A stretch of DNA of 64,000 bases from Alphaproteobacteria bacterium (GTDB lineage Bacteria; Pseudomonadota; Alphaproteobacteria; UBA9219; RGZA01), in assembly GCA_021732145.1 (NCBI GenBank), contig JAKFVN010000006.1, positions 2,474-66,473 on the forward strand. The letters run 5' to 3'. Shown here in pieces: positions 61,002 to 64,000 of this stretch; the first letter of the stretch is position 1; every line of letters starts with the position of its first letter. The position numbers and the translations under genes were made by a program. Under the pieces are notes generated by a model, which had not been told where the DNA came from, searched no databases, and saw nothing but the letters and a program-made list of their open reading frames with translations.

Positions 61002-61396
61002 TGATGGTCTTTTTTGGGGTGGCTTTCGAGAAAAAAACGGCGAAGGCCGATTTAGGAAAAAAATTTCGTGGCGGAGATAAAACACAGTTTAGTTAAAGCG
61101 TCACCTGAATCTTCATGTGCCAAATGGCTGATTTCCTAGGGTTTCGTTGCGATGCGACAAAGTGTCGTTAAGCTTTGCTAATTTTCTGCAAATATCCAGT
61201 AAAATTTGAGCCAATTTTCGCCAGTTTTTCTCCGGTAATTAATTGAATTTAACCATAAAATCGCCTGAAACTATTGTAAGCGATGCGCAAATGAAGAGTT
61301 TTTTAACGATTACAGTGTTTACTGATATGGCTATTAAGAAATTAGGTGGAATTTTGAATTATTTCCGAACGATTTAGGGAAACAAAGAATTATAAC

Positions 61397-62521
61397 ATGA
61401 ACGTAACTATCGGCGAAAAATTACCAGAGATTTTCAATCTCGCCAGAGAGCGTTCCGAGCCGAGCCGCGTCAAGCTGGCTGGCATTCTTGCAGACATCTT
61501 CCTTTCCGATAACGCACTCAGCGATCGCGAGCAAATTCTGATCAACGAAATCATCGACGAGCTGGTTGGCAACACCACGCCGCAAGTCAAGCAGATGCTG
61601 TCGCAGCGCCTTTCCTTCTCTGCCAATGTTCCGCACCGCGTATTGCTGAACCTTGCATGCGATACGCACCCGGAAGTTGCAAAACCAGTTCTTATTAATA
61701 GCGCGCGCCTGAAAGACGAAGACTTGATTTTCGTGATTGAAGCGCGCGGTACCGACCATGCCCTTTCCATTGGCGAACGCACCAGCATCAGCGAAGCTGT
61801 TGTGGATGCAATGGTGGCAACCGGTGACGTTGATGTGATGGCTGCGGTTGCAGCTAATCTTGGCGCAAAACTTTCAGCCCGCACACTTCATGTAATGATT
61901 GAAGCCGCACGCTTTGGCAAAAAGCTGCATGAACCATTGGCAAACCGCCCAGAACTGACCGCAGATATGGGCAAGCAATTGTACTGGTGGGTTGGCGCAG
62001 AACTCCGCCGTTCGATTGTGTCACGCTTTGGCATTAGCGCTGGTCAGGTTGACCAAGCATTAGAAAACTCCGTGAACGATTTGCTGACCAGCATGGAAAC
62101 CGATCGCAATGACGATTTGGCCATGCAGAAGGTTGCCGAATGGTTCCATGAACGCGATGCCGTTAATCCACGCGCGATGATTCAGGCACTGCGCATGGGC
62201 TTCTTCAAGTTATTCGACATCATGCTGGCGATGAAAACCGGTCTTGATGTATCGATGATTGACATGATGGTTTCGGAAGATGGCGGCCGCTCCGTCTCCG
62301 TTCTGTGCAAAGCCATCGGCGTTGACAAGCCAAGCTTCGTATCCATTTTCTTGCTGAGCCGCGGCGCGCGCCCTGGCGAGCAAATCGTCAATCCAAAAGA
62401 ACTGTCATCTGCCCTTGCCGCGTTCGACAAGCTTGAAAGCGCAACCGCAAAGACATTGATTGAAAGCTGGAAGAAAGATCCAAGCTATCTGCTCAGCCGC
62501 CTTAAAACCGCGATTCACTAA
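61397..62521 (+). CDS. DUF2336 family protein
   Basis: LA.D...VA.PVL..S..L.D.DL, H...I..R..ISE.V.D..V..GD..V...V..N.GA. Confidence 0.85.
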   Translation: MNVTIGEKLPEIFNLARERSEPSRVKLAGILADIFLSDNALSDREQILINEIIDELVGNTTPQVKQMLSQRLSFSANVPHRVLLNLACDTHPEVAKPVLINSARLKDEDLIFVIEARGTDHALSIGERTSISEAVVDAMVATGDVDVMAAVAANLGAKLSARTLHVMIEAARFGKKLHEPLANRPELTADMGKQLYWWVGAELRRSIVSRFGISAGQVDQALENSVNDLLTSMETDRNDDLAMQKVAEWFHERDAVNPRAMIQALRMGFFKLFDIMLAMKTGLDVSMIDMMVSEDGGRSVSVLCKAIGVDKPSFVSIFLLSRGARPGEQIVNPKELSSALAAFDKLESATAKTLIESWKKDPSYLLSRLKTAIH

Positions 62522-62580
62522 GCATTTTCTTGCCATTCTGCCATATTCCCATATGCCACAATTTGTTCTAGCATTGTGTC

Positions 62581-63741
62581 ATGAAGAATGTGCTTATCGC
62601 ATCAACACATAACAGCCGTGGACTAAGCAGTGAACATCCCGCTTTGTTCAAACGCGCCAATCTAACGACCACGGTAATTGCCCATCCCAAATACAAACCT
62701 TATGCAGGACGCGATGTCTCGCACTGGATTAATGGGTCGGACAACCCCGACCTTGTCATTACCCAAATCGCCAAGCTGGTTACAGACAGCCCCGATGCGT
62801 TCGACTGGATTATTCTGGGCGATGATAATTTGGTGCGCGCGGTCGCCACCAGTGCCATCAGCGATGCGTTGAAAACCAGAATTGGCCCGGTTCAAAACGC
62901 GCAATATATTGATTTGCAAAAAGGCAAAAGCGCTGCAAGCACTGTATTATCATCGCTAGGATTTCAGGTTGCGCCATTCAGGATATGCCAACAGATTGCC
63001 GATATTCCAAATGCGATTGCTGCCATCGGCTTGCCCGCGATTGTAAAGCCCGACCATAGCCTTGGCAGCGAAGGCGTAATTATCTGTAAAACGCAGGATG
63101 ATGTTACGGCCTGCCTCGGCCAATGCCGCGAAGGCGCTTACATTGTTGAGAAATACATCATTGGCAAGCAGGTGCGCATCGACCCGCTGTTCTTTAACGG
63201 TGAATTGGTTGCCTGCAATTCCAGCCTGATGCTGGGCATGATACGCGGGGATTTAGGCGTTTCAACAGCACGCGGCGTAGTTTCAGCAGCGCCTTACATG
63301 GAGTTTTTAAAGAAACTGGGCGCAACGCTGAAATTGCACGGCATGATGAATATCGGCGTGTTGCATGAAGGGGGCGGAAAAGACTTCCATATTTTTGAAA
63401 TGGATTGCAGGCCCAATGGCTATCCCTGCCAGATTAAGCGGTTCGAGAATGATTTTGCTGAAGCGATACTCGCCTATCAACGGCCCGATTTTGATGCGCG
63501 CCGGTTTCTTTCGCCCGATAACAATAAGATCGCGCGGAACTTTGAGCGCGACATGATTTACAATGCGCGCAAAGGCAATATCAAAGGGATGCTGGCATGG
63601 CTATTCAACGAAGATCGTCGCTGGGAATGCCTGCCATTGCATGACCCGCGCCTGATGCTGTTCACCCTGTGGCTGGTAATAAAGGGAATCGTCGGCGGGG
63701 CTTTTAGAAAACTTATGAAAGCGCTGAAAGTAATGCGCTGA
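62581..63741 (+). CDS. ATP-grasp domain protein
   Basis: IGLPAIVKP..S.GS.GV, IVEKYI.G, FEMDCRP (E-x-N-x-R-like). Confidence 0.8.
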   Translation: MKNVLIASTHNSRGLSSEHPALFKRANLTTTVIAHPKYKPYAGRDVSHWINGSDNPDLVITQIAKLVTDSPDAFDWIILGDDNLVRAVATSAISDALKTRIGPVQNAQYIDLQKGKSAASTVLSSLGFQVAPFRICQQIADIPNAIAAIGLPAIVKPDHSLGSEGVIICKTQDDVTACLGQCREGAYIVEKYIIGKQVRIDPLFFNGELVACNSSLMLGMIRGDLGVSTARGVVSAAPYMEFLKKLGATLKLHGMMNIGVLHEGGGKDFHIFEMDCRPNGYPCQIKRFENDFAEAILAYQRPDFDARRFLSPDNNKIARNFERDMIYNARKGNIKGMLAWLFNEDRRWECLPLHDPRLMLFTLWLVIKGIVGGAFRKLMKALKVMR

Positions 63742-63999
63742 TTAGCCGCAGAATGCTTCGGCAATCACGTTGCGATGATCGATAATCAAATTCAGACGCT
63801 TGGAATTATTCGCATCTGCATCGTTTGCTTGCGGATGCGGTTGCCTGGCATCAAACACGCGTGAGCCTGCTGGCAGTTTTGAAACATCCACTTTCCGGCT
63901 GCCGGGAGCAAGTATTTCATCTTTTGCAAGAATGCGCAGGCCAACATAACTGGCAGCGCCGCCGCAGGCATCCATTGGCCTTTCTTGCGCTTGCGCGGT
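63742..63999 (-). CDS. peptidase inhibitor I78-like protein, C-terminal part; start lies beyond window
   Basis: DACG near mature N-terminus and RLNLIID....I.EAFCG C-terminus; frame open to window edge (TAQAQERPM). Confidence 0.7.
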   Translation of the reverse strand, partial: TAQAQERPMDACGGAASYVGLRILAKDEILAPGSRKVDVSKLPAGSRVFDARQPHPQANDADANNSKRLNLIIDHRNVIAEAFCG

Positions 64000-64000
64000 T

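Overview
Chromosomal window of an alphaproteobacterium. Housekeeping genes include trcR-like DUF1013, purE/purK, leuA, aroA-cmk-rpsA, ppa, rpsF-rpsR-rplI, hisI, putA, gyrA-coaD, fbaB-thiE, motAB and hemC-hemD-COG4223-hemY, plus three tRNAs (Arg-TCT, Pro-TGG, Lys-TTT). Many orphan ORFs are interspersed. A perfect parS palindrome suggests an origin-proximal position. The most notable features are non-coding. (1) A dispersed ~45-bp GYAG-headed REP-like hairpin family with compensatory base changes: one copy supplies the cmk stop codon, one follows rpsA, and one is inserted in frame and triplicated inside a UbiH-family hydroxylase. (2) A 364-bp cassette made of a lone GIY-YIG nuclease bracketed by inverted, covarying 28-bp palindromes. 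(3) A 1.1-kb integrase-less island in tRNA-Arg, with a 47-bp att duplication, carrying only a toxin-antitoxin pair. (4) A 75-bp tandem array of tRNA-Lys 3'-end copies upstream of corA. (5) An RPE1-like palindrome in the rpsF leader. (6) An 11-bp-phased cluster of GANTC (CcrM) sites. There is also a Tyr51-less P-II paralog apparently co-transcribed with a large MscS channel. All calls come from reading motifs by eye; no database searches were run.
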